NCBI RefSeq assembly: GCF_009834535.1
Contig: NC_045697.1
Location: 72,666,001-72,730,000, forward strand
From: Camelus ferus
Taxonomy: Eukaryota
Direction of reading: 5' to 3'
Length of the DNA stretch: 64,000 bases
Shown: piece after piece, positions 1-13,400 of the stretch
Layout: every line of letters starts with the position of its first letter
How positions within the stretch are numbered: the first letter of the stretch is position 1
Notes under the pieces: generated by a model
Databases searched by the model: none
What the model saw: only the letters and a program-made list of their open reading frames with translations
What the model was told of the DNA's origin: nothing
Position numbers and translations under genes: made by a program

Positions 1-729
1 GAGACATAACATAATGATAGATGTCACCAGGAGGAGATAAATCACTATAAGGGACAGCACCATTAACAAATAGATACTTATATCCATATAATTTTCAAAT
101 TATTCAGGGTACATATATTTGAGTAAGGAGCTCTCCTGTGTTTCTAGTCATCTCCAGATTACAATCTCCAGACTGTAATAGTCCAGTAGACCAGGTAGTT
201 TTAATTCAATTTCCCAAAGTGAAGGTACATACCTACATACCCAAAGTGAAGGTACATACATACCTAACATTACAAGTTAAAGGAGATAATTTTAGATAGT
301 ATATATCTGAGGCACATGACCTTAAAAAAATCAAAATAAGAGATTTTTGAACTTTACAATTCCTCCAATTAGTAAAGAAAGAATCTCAGTTTGATGGCAG
401 CATATATTTAACAATTAGCCCTACATAATGTAACTTTTTATATAGAGAGAGTATGTCTCAAACTCTGGGCTTTGGCAACTAAAATTTAACAGCACAATTT
501 AATTTTCATTCCTTTTTTAATGGTTACTTTTTGGTTTGTAGAAGTGATGCTGTATTTCCTTTTATGGCAGTGATATAAAAGTTTTTGTTGAAAATACATT
601 TAAGTGGTGATTTAATTCATTGAAGCATAAAAATTAAGGAAATAATTGTATAAATTGTTTAAAGCAAACTGTGAAAATAATGTTGACAGCAATTTAGCTT
701 TAACATGATTTAGTGCTTTCCTTTCCAAT

Positions 730-1740
730 TAATGTATATTGTCACCTGATACCCAGAACTGGACAAATGCTTCATGAGTGAAGACTATGCTGCTACTGTT
801 AGTAACTAGGTTCTGCACAATATACTTCTATTAATACCACCTGAGATTGCATTAGCTCTTTTGCAAAGCCCATTATTACGCTTTTGTCTCATATTGAGCT
901 TGAAGTCAACTAAAAGCCTTAGGGGTTTTTCATAAGAACTGCTGCCAAGCTGGGTTTTTTCCTCAAGACTAGTACAGTTGATTTTTTGAAGTCCAGGATA
1001 CAAAATACCATAATTACTATTAAATTTCATCTTGGTTGCTGTGTACCAATGACTCAACTTGTTCAGATCTTTTTGGATCTTGATTTCCTTTTTTGATTTA
1101 TTAGCTCTTATCCCAGTACTGCCCTTCTGAAAATTTGTTAAGAATACTTCCCATGTTTTCACCCAAGTAATTGATTTTAAAACATGAAGCAAGAAAAAGC
1201 CACAGTTTAAGAACTACTGTGTTTCATTAGAGACTCCTTTTAGGTTGATGTCAAACTTTTGATCATGGTAAAAATCCCTTTAAATTTATAGATGAAGAAA
1301 CTAACAATTCAGTGCCTCTATGCTTAGTTGCACAGGTTGTGCAGTGCACAGATCTGGATATGTATTCACATAGGTTCAAATGCACCATTGTGTACAGGAG
1401 TCCAGCTTTGGATGACGGTTTTCAGTCACTGCAAATTCACCTACATAGTTGTTTCACTAAGGTCACATTTTCCTACTGTATTTATAGAAATAATATTAAA
1501 TATTTTGTCAAATGTCTTGTTAAAAATCCAAAATACAACAAAATTATTAAGATTCTCCTCTTTCTCACTTCAGAAGGAAACTTACCAATGGAAAAAATAG
1601 AATAATTTGGCCTCATTTGTTCCTGACAAACACTTGTTATCTCATTGTAATTGCCTTTTACTTTTCAATCATCTGTTGATCATGTGATAGATAATTTAGT
1701 TTTGAATTTTGTAGAGAATTGACATTAAGCTTTCACATTT
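730..1740 (-). mobile_element. L3/CR1 LINE ORF2 remnant
   Basis: Track ORF 806..1192 (IQKDLNKLSHW...KMKFN...EKPLRLLVDFKLNMRQ...KRANAISGGINRSI) matches the CR1 post-RT region; decayed YLDFSKAFD at ~1505-1535; short insertions at ~1265-1410. Confidence 0.85.
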
Positions 1741-2069
1741 TTCTGAAGTATTTCAAATAAAAATAATATCAAAAACATTTTAAAAACTTCCACAGAGAAT
1801 ATAGAATTATATGCAGAATTAGTTAAAATCTAGAATTTCTACCTTGTTTAGTAATTTAGGTAAACTTTTTGCTCTTCCTACCCCTGGAAAAAATAAGGAT
1901 TACAAGGATAATATGTTTATGTATTCTACTTGTGAAAAATTATTTATGTTAGTTTCTGGTTTTTGAGTTAGAAAGAAATGTACATATGACGTAAATAAAT
2001 AGGCAATAAAAACTCATCTGAAATTTGAAATTATGCAGTTTATTTCTACGTTTATGTTTTCAGAGTATT

Positions 2070-2296
2070 AATAAGTAACATCTGTTGAATGTTTATTCTC
2101 TTCCAGGCATTGTTCTAGGCAGTTTGCATACATCGCTTCATTTAATCCTCTCAAAACTATTATGCGCTAGCTCTGTTTCACAAAGAAGAAACTGATGCAG
2201 ATGGTGGTTAAGTGAGTTGCCCAAAGTCACTCAAATAGAGTCTAGAGTCAGTGTTCTCACTTAGCTGTGGTGACTCTAGAATTGATTCTCTACTGT
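2070..2296 (-). mobile_element. MIR SINE
   Basis: MIR core (tcatttaatcctc...gaagaaactga...ggttaagtgagttgcccaaagtcac). Confidence 0.8.
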
Positions 2297-2554
2297 GATG
2301 TATTGTAGTAAAGCAAATTATCTAAAAACAACTTGCTGCCAGCTTTTCTGAACAGTCCTTAAGATGGAATTTTCTCCCATTTTGTTGGGAAGAGGCCAGG
2401 AAAAAAGCTTAAAATTATTATACCTCACTTTAATTTTATGTGATAGACAATGACAAATGAAAGCCAGTAATATTTAACACAACAGAAGTTTGTAGCAAAG
2501 GACCACCTCTTAGAGCTTGTTATTATGAAGTTGATCTCAATAGTAATAAAAGAG

Positions 2555-2775
2555 ACTCTTCCTGAGTACCTGGTATGGGCCAGAGAGTTCACATACATTG
2601 CCTTTATTCATTACAACACCCATGCAAATTTCATATCTTGATTTTATAAATGAAGAAACCAAAGATTGGAGAGGTTTACTGACTTGTCCAGCATCTCACA
2701 TGTGATGAGAGCTGGGATTCAGACATAGCTGTGTTTAATTATGAAACCTGCACTCTTTTCAGTACATCAGGCTGA
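2555..2775 (-). mobile_element. MIR SINE
   Basis: attttataaatgaagaaac...gacttgtccagcatctcaca...gagctgggattc. Confidence 0.75.
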
Positions 2776-3096
2776 CTGAAAGCCCATACCAGAGTGAAGG
2801 GAAGTCTGTCTTGATACCTATTTCTATTCCCAGAATTATTCCATGGTGAGAAGTTAAAGGTTTCAGGAAAAAAAACCCACAAAGCTTTGTTCATTTTCTA
2901 AGAGGTTTGTCTGTTCTGTTGAATAAAATAAAGGAAAAGGAGAGAAAAGGCAATGAGCTAGAAATGTTTTTATTATGACTTCCCTGTGTCTCTTTTCTGA
3001 AATATAAAATCAAGATGGTATGTATCTGGAACACTAGATTAGAAATTGTAGTTGCTGCTGTTAAGTTAGTTGTGTTTTGTTCTTTTGTCTTTGTAC

Positions 3097-3217
3097 CTGA
3101 AATAGCTTTTTGACTTTAATGGATCTAGATATGGCTAAGAATTCTGACATTTCTTTTTGTCTATTTTGCTTCGTTTTATATAATTTTTAATGACTCAGTC
3201 GGGCTCTTTGAAAATCT
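3097..3217 (-). pseudogene. Candidate pseudo-exon (121 nt, phase 2->0)
   Basis: tgtttttccatag|...cag|gtacaa; DFQRARLSH*KLYKTKQNRQKEMSEFLAISRSIKVKKLFQ with a single stop. Confidence 0.42.
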
Positions 3218-3284
3218 CTATGGAAAAACATTCAGGATTATTTAACTGCAGTAAAAATCGGGCTTTGGAATCTCAAAAATATCT

Positions 3285-3655
3285 TTATTCATTCAATAAA
3301 TATTTCTTGAGTGTGTAATATGTGGCAGGTTCTATTCTAAGTGCTATGTTTATAGTAATAAAAATTAGAGAAAAGCTTAGAAAAAAATCCATGCCCTCAT
3401 GAAACATACACTCTACTAGATAGATAATGATAGCAAACAAATAAATAAAATATATTTTATATCAATGGAAATAAGTACTGTGATGAAGAACAGAGAAGGA
3501 CAAAAAGGAGCCAGGATATCATAGGAGTAAGTAGAGTTTATAATTTTAAATGGAGTCCTCAATAAAGTTCTAACCATAAGGGAATTTGTCACAAAGGCTT
3601 GAAAGAGGGGATGTAGACATCTGGGCAAAAAGCATCCCAGACTGAACAACCACAC
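3285..3655 (-). mobile_element. L2 3' end
   Basis: ttcattcaataaatatttcttgagtg tail and following L2 3' sequence. Confidence 0.75.
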
Positions 3656-3706
3656 CTTTGAAGTTCTTATAATGAAATTTAATTTCCATGTTAATAAGAG
3701 CTACCT

Positions 3707-5083
3707 CTTATATGGACAATTATTCTATGACAAAGGAGGCAAGAATATATATGGGGAAAAGGCAGTCTCTTTAATAAATGATGTTGGGAAACTGGACAGC
3801 CACATGCAAAAGAATCAGACTGGACCACTTTCTCACACCATGTACTAAAATAAACTCAAAGTGGATTAAAGACTTAAATGTAAGACTTGAAACCTTTGAC
3901 ATCAATCTTAGCAAATTTTTTTGGTTATTTCTCTGTGGCTAAGGGAAATAAAAGCAAAGATAAACAAATGGGACTACATCAAACTAAAAAGCTTTTGCAG
4001 AGCAAATTGTCAACAAAACAAAAAACTTGCCTATTGAATGGGAGAAAATATTTGTAAACTATATTCAATAAGGGGTTAATATCCAAAATATACAAAGAAC
4101 TCATACAACTCAACATCAAAAAGCCAAAAAACCTGATTAAAAATGGGCAGAGGATCTGAATAGACATTTTTCTAAAGAAGACATACAGATGGCAAACAGG
4201 CACATGGAAAGATGTTCAACATCATAAAGAATCAGGGAAATGCAAATAAAAACACAATGATATATCACCTCATGTCTGTTAGAATGGCTGTTATCAAAAA
4301 GCAAGGAATAAGGCAAAAATGTAGAGAAAAGGGAACATTTGTGAACTGAGAGTGAGAATGTAAATTGGTACAGCCAGTATGAAACACATTATGGAGATTC
4401 CTCAAAAAATTAAAATTAGAACTACTATATGATTCAGCAGTTCCAGTAAAGTATTTATCTGAAGAAAATGAAAACGCTAATTAGAAAAGATTTATGTACC
4501 CCCATGTTTACATTATTACAAAAATTAATAAGGCCTTATTTACAATAGTCAAGATATGGAAGCAACCTAAGTATTCATGGATAGATGAATGGATAAAGAA
4601 GATGTGAAGTGTATATATGTAAGTATATATATGAGATATTACTCAGTCATAAAAAATGAAATCTTGCCATATGTGACAACATGGATGGATCAGAGGGGAT
4701 GTATTATGCCAAATAAAATAAATCAGACAGAGAAAGGCAAATACCATATGATCTCACTTATATGTAGAATCTTAACAACAACAACAAAAAAACCTAAAAT
4801 CATAGGTACATAGAACAAATGAGTGGTTTCCAGAGGGGAGGGTGTTCAAGGGTAGGTGAAATAGATTAAGGGAATTAAGAGTTATAATTATAACCTCCAG
4901 TTATAAAATAAATAAGCCATGGGGCTGTAATGTCTAGCAAATGGCATATGATCAATAATACTGTAATGATTTTATCAGGGACAGGCAGTGGTGATCATTT
5001 CATAATGTATGCCAATATCAAATCACTATTCAGTACATTTAAAACTAACATAATACTGTACATTAACTGTATTTCAATAAAAT
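3707..5083 (+). mobile_element. 5'-truncated L1 (L1MA-like): ORF2 end and 3'UTR
   Basis: gacaaaggaggcaagaatata...aaatgcaaataaaaacacaatga...caacctaagt...aataaaa. Confidence 0.92.
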
Positions 5084-5089
5084 ACCACC

Positions 5090-5425
5090 AAACCCAGATA
5101 TGCTTGAAACCATTGGATGATAGAAAGTCTGGGCATAAAATTGAAATTCTCAGCAAGGAAATAGAAGATATAAGGAAAAACAAATGGAAATTGAGAACTT
5201 AAAAAAACCCCAATAAGCATACACACACAAAAAAACCCTCAAGGGGTGGGTTCAACAAAAGAATGGAGAAGACAGAGGAAAAAAAATCAGTGAACTTGAA
5301 CACAGAACAATAAAAATTATCCAATCTGAACAAAAAGGGAAACATAGATGAAAAAAATAAACAGAGCCATGGGGACATATGGGACTAAAACAGTTCAAGT
5401 TACTGTAGTTCCAAAAAGAGTCAGG
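5090..5425 (+). mobile_element. Old L1 ORF1 fragment
   Basis: EILSKEIEDIRKNK...atcagtgaacttgaa, ORF1 coiled-coil-like sequence. Confidence 0.65.
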
Positions 5426-5429
5426 AGAA

Positions 5430-8400
5430 AGGTGTCTATTGCTATTATAATAGGTATCAGTTGATTTTTCTATGTCAGTCTTATCTCCTGCTACCTTGCT
5501 TAACTTACTTATCAGTTCTAGGAGGTTTTTAAAAAAATAGATTCCTTGGAATTTTCTACATAATCCACCATGCCATCTGCTAATAGGGAAAGTTTTATTT
5601 CTTCTTTTCTCATCTGTATGTCTCTTGTTCCCTTTTCTTGCTTGTTGCCCTGGCTAAAACCTCCTATAGTATGTTGAATAGCAGTGATGAGAGTGGACAT
5701 CCTTGCCTTATACCCTGGTACTAAGGGAATACATTCAGTCTTTCATCATTAAGTATGTTAGCTATGTTTTTTTTTTGTAGATATTCTTTAAACTTGGGGA
5801 AGTTTCCCTCTATTTCTAGTTTTCTGAGAGTTTCTTTTAGTCACAAATGAATGCTGATAACAAATAAAAAATACAATGCCATTTATAATCACTCAAAGAA
5901 ATACTTAGGTGTAAATTTAGCAAAACATCTGTGGACTTTATTCTGAAAATGATATGGTTTTGATGAAAGAAATCAAAGAGGATCTAAATAAATGGAGAGA
6001 TATGCCAAGTTCATGAATTAGAAGAATCGACATAGTAAAGATGTCAGTTCTTCTGTAATTGATATGTAAATATTCAAAATCCCAACAAGACTTTTTTTTA
6101 TAGATATACACAAGATTATTCTAAAATTTATATGGAAAGGTAGAACAGCTAAAACAAATTTGAAAAAGAAGAATAAAGTGGGAGAAATCAGTTGACCTGA
6201 TTTTGAGACTTATTATCCAGTTAGAGTAATGATGACTGTGTGGTATTGGCAGAGGGTTAGACATGTAGATCAGTGAAGCAGAATAGAGAACCAAGAAATA
6301 GACTCACACAAGTATGGCTAGCTGCCTTTTGACGAAGGTGCAAAAGTAATTCAATGGAGGAAGGATAATCTTTTCAACAAATGGTGCTGGAGCAATTTTA
6401 TACTCACAGACAAAAAATTTTCCAAATAAAAATCATAGCCAAAACCCCAAATTTCAATCTAAACCTCACACCTTTTGCAAAAATTAAGCCCAAATGCATC
6501 ATAAATTTAAATGTGGAACATAAAATGTGCAACTTTTAGATGATAGCGTGGAGTAAACTCTCTGGGGTCTAGGGCTTGGTGACAAGTTCTTAGACATGAC
6601 AAAAAAAGCACAATCCATAAAAGACAAAAACCAATAAATTGGATGTCATCAAAATGAAACACTTTTTCTGTGAAAGATCTTGTTAAGAGGATGAAATGAT
6701 TAGCTACAAACTGGGACAAAATATTTGCAAACCACATATCTGACAAAGGACTCATTTTTAGAATATATAGAGAATTCTGAAAACTCATATTAAAAAACAA
6801 TGTGAATAGGAAATAGGCAAAAGACATGAAGTTGCTATTTCACTGAAGAGGATATATGGATTGTAAATAAATACACCAAAAGATGTTAAGCATCACTAGC
6901 CATTAGGGAAATGCAAATCAAGACCACAGTGAGATGTCACTACTTACTTATAAGAATAGCTGTATTTGAAAATATGATAGTACCAAATACTAGCAAGGAT
7001 GCTGAGAAACTGGATCTTTCATACATTGCTGGAGGGAAGCCAAAATGATACAGCCAATTCAGAAAATAGTTTGTCAGTTTCTTAAAAACTCTAAACATAC
7101 ACTTACATTATAACATAGAAATTGTATTTCAGGGCTTTTATCCAAGAGAAATGAAACCTATGCACAAGCCACTATGGAAGACAGTATGGAGGATCCTCCA
7201 AAAACTGAAAATAGAACTACCATATGATCCAGCAATTTCACTGCTGGGAGTATATCTGAAGAAAATGAAAACACTAATTTGAAAAGATACATGCACTCCA
7301 ATGTTCTTAGCAACATTATTCACAATAGCCAAGATATGGAAGCAACCTAAGTGTCCATCAAAGATGAATAGATAAAGAAGATGTGAAATATATATATATA
7401 TACACACATATATAAACCACAACAAGTACAATGGAATATTATCCATAAAAAAGAATAAAATTCTGCCATTTGCTGCAATGTGGATGGACCTAGGGAGTAT
7501 TATGCTTAGTGAAATAAGTCAGACAAAGACAACTATTGTGTATTATCACTTATATGTGGAATCTACAAAAACAAAACAAACTAGTGAATATAACCAAAAA
7601 GGAACAGACTTCCAGATATAGAGAACAAACTAGTGGTTACCAATGGCGGGGAGGGAAGAGGGAAGGGCAAGATGGAGGTATGGGATTGAGAAATGCAAAC
7701 TGCTATGTATAAAATAAATAAGCAACAAAGATATAGCACAGAGAAATATAGCTATTATTTTGTAATAGCTTTAACTGGAGTATAATCTATACAAATGTTG
7801 AATCCCTATATTGTACACCTGAAACTAATACAGTATTGTCAATCAACTATACTACAATAGAAATAAACTTAAAAAACCCTGTGTCCACACAAAAATCTGT
7901 ATGTGATTGTTTATAACATCTTTACTTATAATAGCCAAATCTAGAAACAATTCAAATATCCTTCAGTAGGTGAGTGGTTAACTCAACTCAGGGACATCTA
8001 TACCACGGAATGTTACCCAGCAAAGAACCAAAATCAAAATTCAGACAACAGTAATAACAACAAAAATGAATGAACTGTTGATACATGCAATAATTTGGAT
8101 GAGCATTGTGCTGAGGGGAAAAAATCACTCTCAAAATGTTATGTATTGTATGGTCCCATTTATATAACATTCTTGAAATGTCAAAATTATAAAGATCAAA
8201 ACAGATTCATGGTTCCTACGGGGTTAGAGATGTTGGGGTGGTGGGAAAGAGGAGCATGGGGGAGATCTTTGTGGTGATGGAATAGTCTGTTTCTTGATTG
8301 TGTTGGTAGTTACACAGATTTACACAGACCACAAAATGACACAGAACTACACTAATATATTGTATCAGTGTCAAATTACTAGTTCTAATAAGGGACTATA

Positions 8401-8505
8401 ATTTTGTAAAATGCAACCATTGGGGGAAGTTGATAGTGCAGATCTGAACTATCTTTGCAAATATGTGTTGTGAATGTCTAACTATTCCAAAATAAGATTT
8501 AAAAA
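5430..8505 (+). mobile_element. Old L1 (L1MC/MD-like) with inverted 5' segment (5430-5855, minus) and a nested L1
   Basis: Minus-strand RT piece (EEIKLSLLADGM, ORF 5518..5700) abuts the plus-strand continuation of ORF2 and 3'UTR. Confidence 0.85.
7166..7872 (+). mobile_element. L1MA-like 3' end nested in the older L1
   Basis: agccactatggaagacagtatgg... to an A-rich tail; the host L1 resumes at ~7875 after a degenerate aaacctatg/aaaccctgtg repeat. Confidence 0.85.
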
Positions 8506-8768
8506 TTTAATCATCAGAGGAAGCCATATATTCATCCAGTTTCTATTCTGGTAGGAGAGATGGAAAATAAGTAAGTAAATAAGTATGTAAATATATAAAT
8601 ACAGATACTCTAATCTTTTCCGTGGACTGGATAAACAAGGTTGCATATGATTCATACAGCAGTGCTTTTCTCCTAAAAATATCTTTTTAAATAAAAGTAC
8701 TTTAAGAATCTTCTTTATAATAAAGTGACACACATTAGAAATATTGGGATTAGTAGAAATACAACTAC

Positions 8769-8910
8769 CTATTTATAAATGTAAATCTTTGTCCTTAAAC
8801 TCTTCCCTATCACTTTTAATCCTGTTTTTTTTTTTCAATAGGAATCTCTTTAGTAGATGCCCAATATTTCTCAGAGTACTGTATCATTCTAGCTTATTTT
8901 TTATATGGTT
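8769..8910 (-). pseudogene. Candidate pseudo-exon
   Basis: ccaatag|...tag|gtagtt; NHIKNKLE*YSTLRNIGHLLKEIPIEKK/...SDREEFKDKDLHL with a frameshift at an A-run. Confidence 0.28.
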
Positions 8911-9149
8911 CTATTGGTAAGCAGGCAAAGATTTGAGTGTAAACTCCTACTATGACGGCCTCTTTCTAATATTGTCATGTTTACTTAGAGAACAAGGTAA
9001 ACATCACTCAGTTCTAAACAAGTTGTGGGTGACATATTTCCATGGAAATCATTTCTTAGTTGAAGCAATTTTTCTTTAAGTTCTTAAATCCTACCTTAAG
9101 TCCTTTATTTCAAGTTTGTTTTTTCTTTAAAAGTCTTTCTGAATGTGTA

Positions 9150-9325
9150 AAGATACAACTTTACAAGATTTAAAGTATGAATGTTAAAAGTAGACAAATT
9201 TTGGTTCAACACAAACAAGAATTTTCTGATAATCAAACACATTAAAAGATGGGATATGCTGTTAGGGTGAAGAAACATTTAAACTAGAGAAAGTTTCAAA
9301 TCTCTTCTAACTTCAAGGTGATGTA
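9150..9325 (+). mobile_element. L3/CR1 3' tail fragment
   Basis: agacaaattttggttcaacacaaacaagaattttctgataatc...cttctaacttc. Confidence 0.5.
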
Positions 9326-9474
9326 AATAAAGAAAAACTAAAGTCCATACAGTGGTTTCCTCAAGAGAGAAATTTTAAAAATGGCAAGTATTCATTTCCA
9401 AAGAGAAATTAGGCTAGCTGAAGTCACATAGAGAAGATGCCATAAATGATTAAAATTATACCCCTTGTTAATAA

Positions 9475-10880
9475 ATTCATTCATTAACTCAACAGATATT
9501 TATTGAGATACTACTATGTTCTAGGAATGATTCTAGGTTTAGGTTTAGGTTCAGAGGATCTAGGATAAAGCAAGTCTCTACTTTCAAGGCGCTGATATTG
9601 CAATGGAGGGAGGGAGAAAATATATAGATATATAATAAGGCATGTGGGAATTAGTGCATAGAAAGGCATAAATCAGGATAAAGGGAATAGGAAATATGGG
9701 GGTGGGTGGGGTGACTTGCCATTTTATATAGGATGTTTATAAAGGCAGCCTCTGATTAGTTGATATTTGTATCTGGACTTAAAGGAAGTGCGAGTGAGTG
9801 GGCCATGATGGTATCTGGAGAAATTAAACTGTAATTAACAGCAGCTGCTGCAAATGCTCTTGGGTAGCATGATGGCTGATTTTCTATGTCAACTTGACTG
9901 GACTAACAAATGCCCAGATAGTTGGTAAAACATTATTTTTGGGTATGTCTGTGAGGATATTTTTGGAAGAGATTAGAATTTGAATCAACAAACTGAGCAA
10001 AGAAGTTTTCCCTCATCAATGCTGGTGGGCATCATCCAATCTGTTGATGGTTAGAATAGGACAAAAAGACAGAGGAAGGGCAAATTTGTTCTCTTTACTT
10101 AAGGTTGGATATCCATCTTCTACTGCCCTTTGACATCTGTGCTCCTGGTTCTCAAACCTTCAGACTCTGACAGGGATTTACATCATCCACTCCTCTTAGG
10201 CATTTGAACTCAGACTGAATTACACCAACTTTCCTAGTTCTCCATCTTGCAGACAGCAGATCATGGGACTTTGTGACCTCCATAATCGCATGAGCCAATT
10301 ACTATAATAAATCTCCTCTTTTATATATCTGTATATTTCCTATTGGCTCTATTTGGGGAATTCTGACTAATATAGGTGGAAAGGAGTTTGGTATGTTAGG
10401 GGAGCAGCAAGAAGGCCAGTATGGATGGAGTGGAGTAAGAGAGTAATGAGGTTGGAGAAATGGTGGTAGAGCAGAAGGTGGAAAAATTATGTAGGACACT
10501 ATAGCTTATGGAAGTCTTGTGGCTTTTACTAGGAATGAGATGGGAAGCAGTTCAAGGTATGAGCAGAAAGTGACACCATCTATTTTCTGTTTAAAAGGAT
10601 TGTTCTGATTGCTCTGTTGGGAACAGATTGTAGGGTGCATGAGTAGACACAGAGAGAGTACTTAAGAAGGAGGTTATTGTAATAATCTAGCTGAGAGATG
10701 GAAGTGGATTGGAATGGGGTTGGGGCAGTTGGGTACTGGTACAGATAAGAAGTGGACTTGGCATATAATTTGAAAGTAGAGACCGGAGGTTTTACTGGTG
10801 AATTGGATGTGGAATGTGAAAAAGAAGACGTAAATCAAAGATAGAAGTCCCAAATTTTTGACCTGAGCACTTGGAAGTTC
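9475..10880 (-). mobile_element. L2 interrupted by an MLT2 LTR
   Basis: ttcattcattaactcaacagatatttattgag tail; L2 sequence resumes after 10373. Confidence 0.8.
9869..10373 (+). mobile_element. MLT2 (ERVL) solo LTR
   Basis: tgatggctgattttctatgtcaacttgactgg...aataaatctc...tcctattggctct...ctgactaatata. Confidence 0.88.
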
Positions 10881-11034
10881 ATAACACTATGTTTCATAAA
10901 ATACATGATTGAAAGGTTCACAAGTGTTGAAGAATATGTTTTTCTGTTCATTGATCCTCAGCATATGGCTGTTGCTCCTCTTTGGCTCAGATTTGTAGAC
11001 TTGATGAATATATTTACCTTTTCCTTCTTGCCAG

Positions 11035-11076
11035 TTGCCGTCACATATGTGCCTGGGTTTCCCCATAATAAGAATG
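11035..11076 (+). other. Candidate 42-nt frame-preserving internal exon on the plus strand
   Basis: ttaccttttccttcttgccag|TTGCCG...AGAATG|gtgagt; two open frames (xAVTYVPGFPHNKN or LPSHMCLGFPIIRM). Confidence 0.3.
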
Positions 11077-12469
11077 GTGAGTATTAACCACAGCTTGCAT
11101 AAGTCATACCAGTGACATGAATTTAAATATTATGAGTGCAGTCTAAAGCACTCAGGCAGGATAATTTAGAATGCCTGACATTTTGTAATTGGGTTTTATA
11201 TCATCATGTGAAAAATTTATATGACTGCTTAACTGTGCCCATTATTCTTTCTGTTCCCCTTTCATCTCTGACTGCCACATTCCTGCCTAATTCTATCTCT
11301 AAGGCTAACCTAGGTTATCAAAGTTTTTCTTTCCTTAAAATATACCTTTCAAACCAGTAGGAAAAGGCTTATAAAAGCTAGCATATGTCATCTTTCAACA
11401 TGTCCATTAAAGGGTTATTGTCTAGGGTGAATGACAGTATCAATTTTTTAACATGGAAGAACTCTAGCTGTTTTCTCTGAATGATGTTTTTGGGTTTTTC
11501 TAGGGCACATTCTGAGTATTCTGGGTATTTTTTATTTTAATTTGCATGAGAGTTTGCCTTTTTTAAAATGCTTGTTTATATGGGTTAATTCTACTAGAAA
11601 ATTTGTGTAGGAAAAACACCTGCTACTTAATCTTATAAGAATTGGTATATAGTATGGGACTTTGCTTTTGGATACAGTTAGAAAGAATATGAGTATAGGT
11701 CCAGGGGAACAAGAGGTAAAAAGAACCCAGAAATAATTAGAAAGAATCAAGTTAAACATACAGTTATATATCAAAACCACGATAATCTGGATTATAGTTT
11801 TGGAGTAGATTTTTAGATTGGTCCTCAAGACTATTAGGAATAGGGTTGAAAACAGGACTTTAACATAGAAATATGTAAAGGTTTCAGTGGGTGAATGAAA
11901 TAAGATCAAAATATGTACTTTGAGCAAGTGCTGTCAAGAATCATGATTGTGAGTAAAATTGGCAGTTGTGGTCCATCAACAGTGGAAAGAGCTCATTATC
12001 ACAGAATAGTGTCATGTAGATTGATGGGTGGGCAGTGAGGAGGGCACCTAGAACTCCCCCATTATCATAGAGTAGTTGGAGGTGCCTTTCTTTGACTTGG
12101 TAATGGCATCACGGTAAACCACCAATGGAAAATGGGCTGAACTGTCTCTGGAGTGTATGGCATGGAGGTTGTTGCCTGAGTGCCATGCTTTGAGGAGCCC
12201 AGAGTAGCTTAGTACTTGAGGAAGGCTGAAAATTGGGATGCTTGATCCAAAAGTAATGAGAATCTCATTCTATAAAATCATTCCCTTTCTTCTCTATCTT
12301 TAGGCTGCGTATTGCTTGTTTATAACTACTTTCTATACATCCAAGCTACTCTTTATGGTCATTTAAAAACTCTTTAGGTGGCCCAGATCCTCACTTCTTG
12401 AAAACGAAAACAAGAACAAAACAAAACAAATCCAAGAACAGGGAGAATTAAATGGAACATCAAAGTGGG

Positions 12470-12700
12470 TATGTGCTTTGGAATTACATTTTCTGAGAAC
12501 AAATTCTAGGTTTACTACTTAATTTTATGTGAAATCCTGGACGAAACACTCAGTTGCTCTGTGCTCCAGTTCTCTCATCAACAAAATGTTGTTCTAGTAG
12601 CATCTGCTTCATAAGGTTGTTGTGAAGAATAAATGTGATTAATGCATGTAAAGTGCTTAGGACTTCATCTGGCTCAGTAAATGTTAGCTCATAGTAACAG
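12470..12700 (+). mobile_element. MIR SINE
   Basis: ctctgtgctccagttctctcatc...ggttgttgtgaagaataaatg...gtaaagtgcttag. Confidence 0.8.
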
Positions 12701-12926
12701 GTCATTTAATTGCCTCACTAATAAATATAGTGGGAAAGTATTAATGTTGGGGGAAAGGCACAAGACTTTGTGTTTGCTTCTGCTGATTCTCTTTCCTTAG
12801 AGTCTTTATGTAGTCAGATTGACATCTTGAATCTTTAATATCTCATTCTCCATAGGCAAAGACTCATATTGGGCTTGATAAGAGTCTTCAGCTTAGCAAT
12901 ATGAATATGACACTTCAAAGGGGACT

Positions 12927-13400
12927 GTATGTGCTAGGGTCTTGCCAGGAAAGAGATGACACCCTCAGACTAGGTAACTGAGCAGAGCTGAATACAAGGA
13001 CAATTTAAAAAGGTGTAGGCAAGATTTGAGGAAGACCACAAGGGGTAATGCAGCTTGCCAGGGCTAGTATCAGCTGGCAGCCTTTGCTTTCTTAGGCTGA
13101 AAGGAGTAGGAGCTGGGGTGTAGACTCTGAACGTGGTGAGAGAACTGGAGACTGTCCTATGAAATGAGCTGGCTGTTGGGAGACAGACACAGATAATCTA
13201 GGTGGCAGCAGGGAGGAGCTTGGAGCAAGAAAGATGCTGATCTCCTTTCACTCCTGCTTCAGCTGTCCTGCTGGTACCTCAGGTTGACTGAACCCAACTG
13301 GAAGCTTGCTACAGTCCACACAGGCCAGTCTCTCAGAGAAGAGACCAGGGTGGAGAAGGGTAGAGGAGGATCAGGAGTGAAAACAGAAGAGATCAAACCT
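12927..13400 (-). mobile_element. LTR33-like ERVL LTR
   Basis: caggaaagagatgacaccctcagactaggtaactgag...ccagggctagtatcagc. Confidence 0.7.

Noticed and set aside
11532..11927. 131-aa hydrophobic minus ORF
   Set aside because: Non-ATG start, T-rich compositional hydrophobicity, no recognisable family and no clear splice boundaries.
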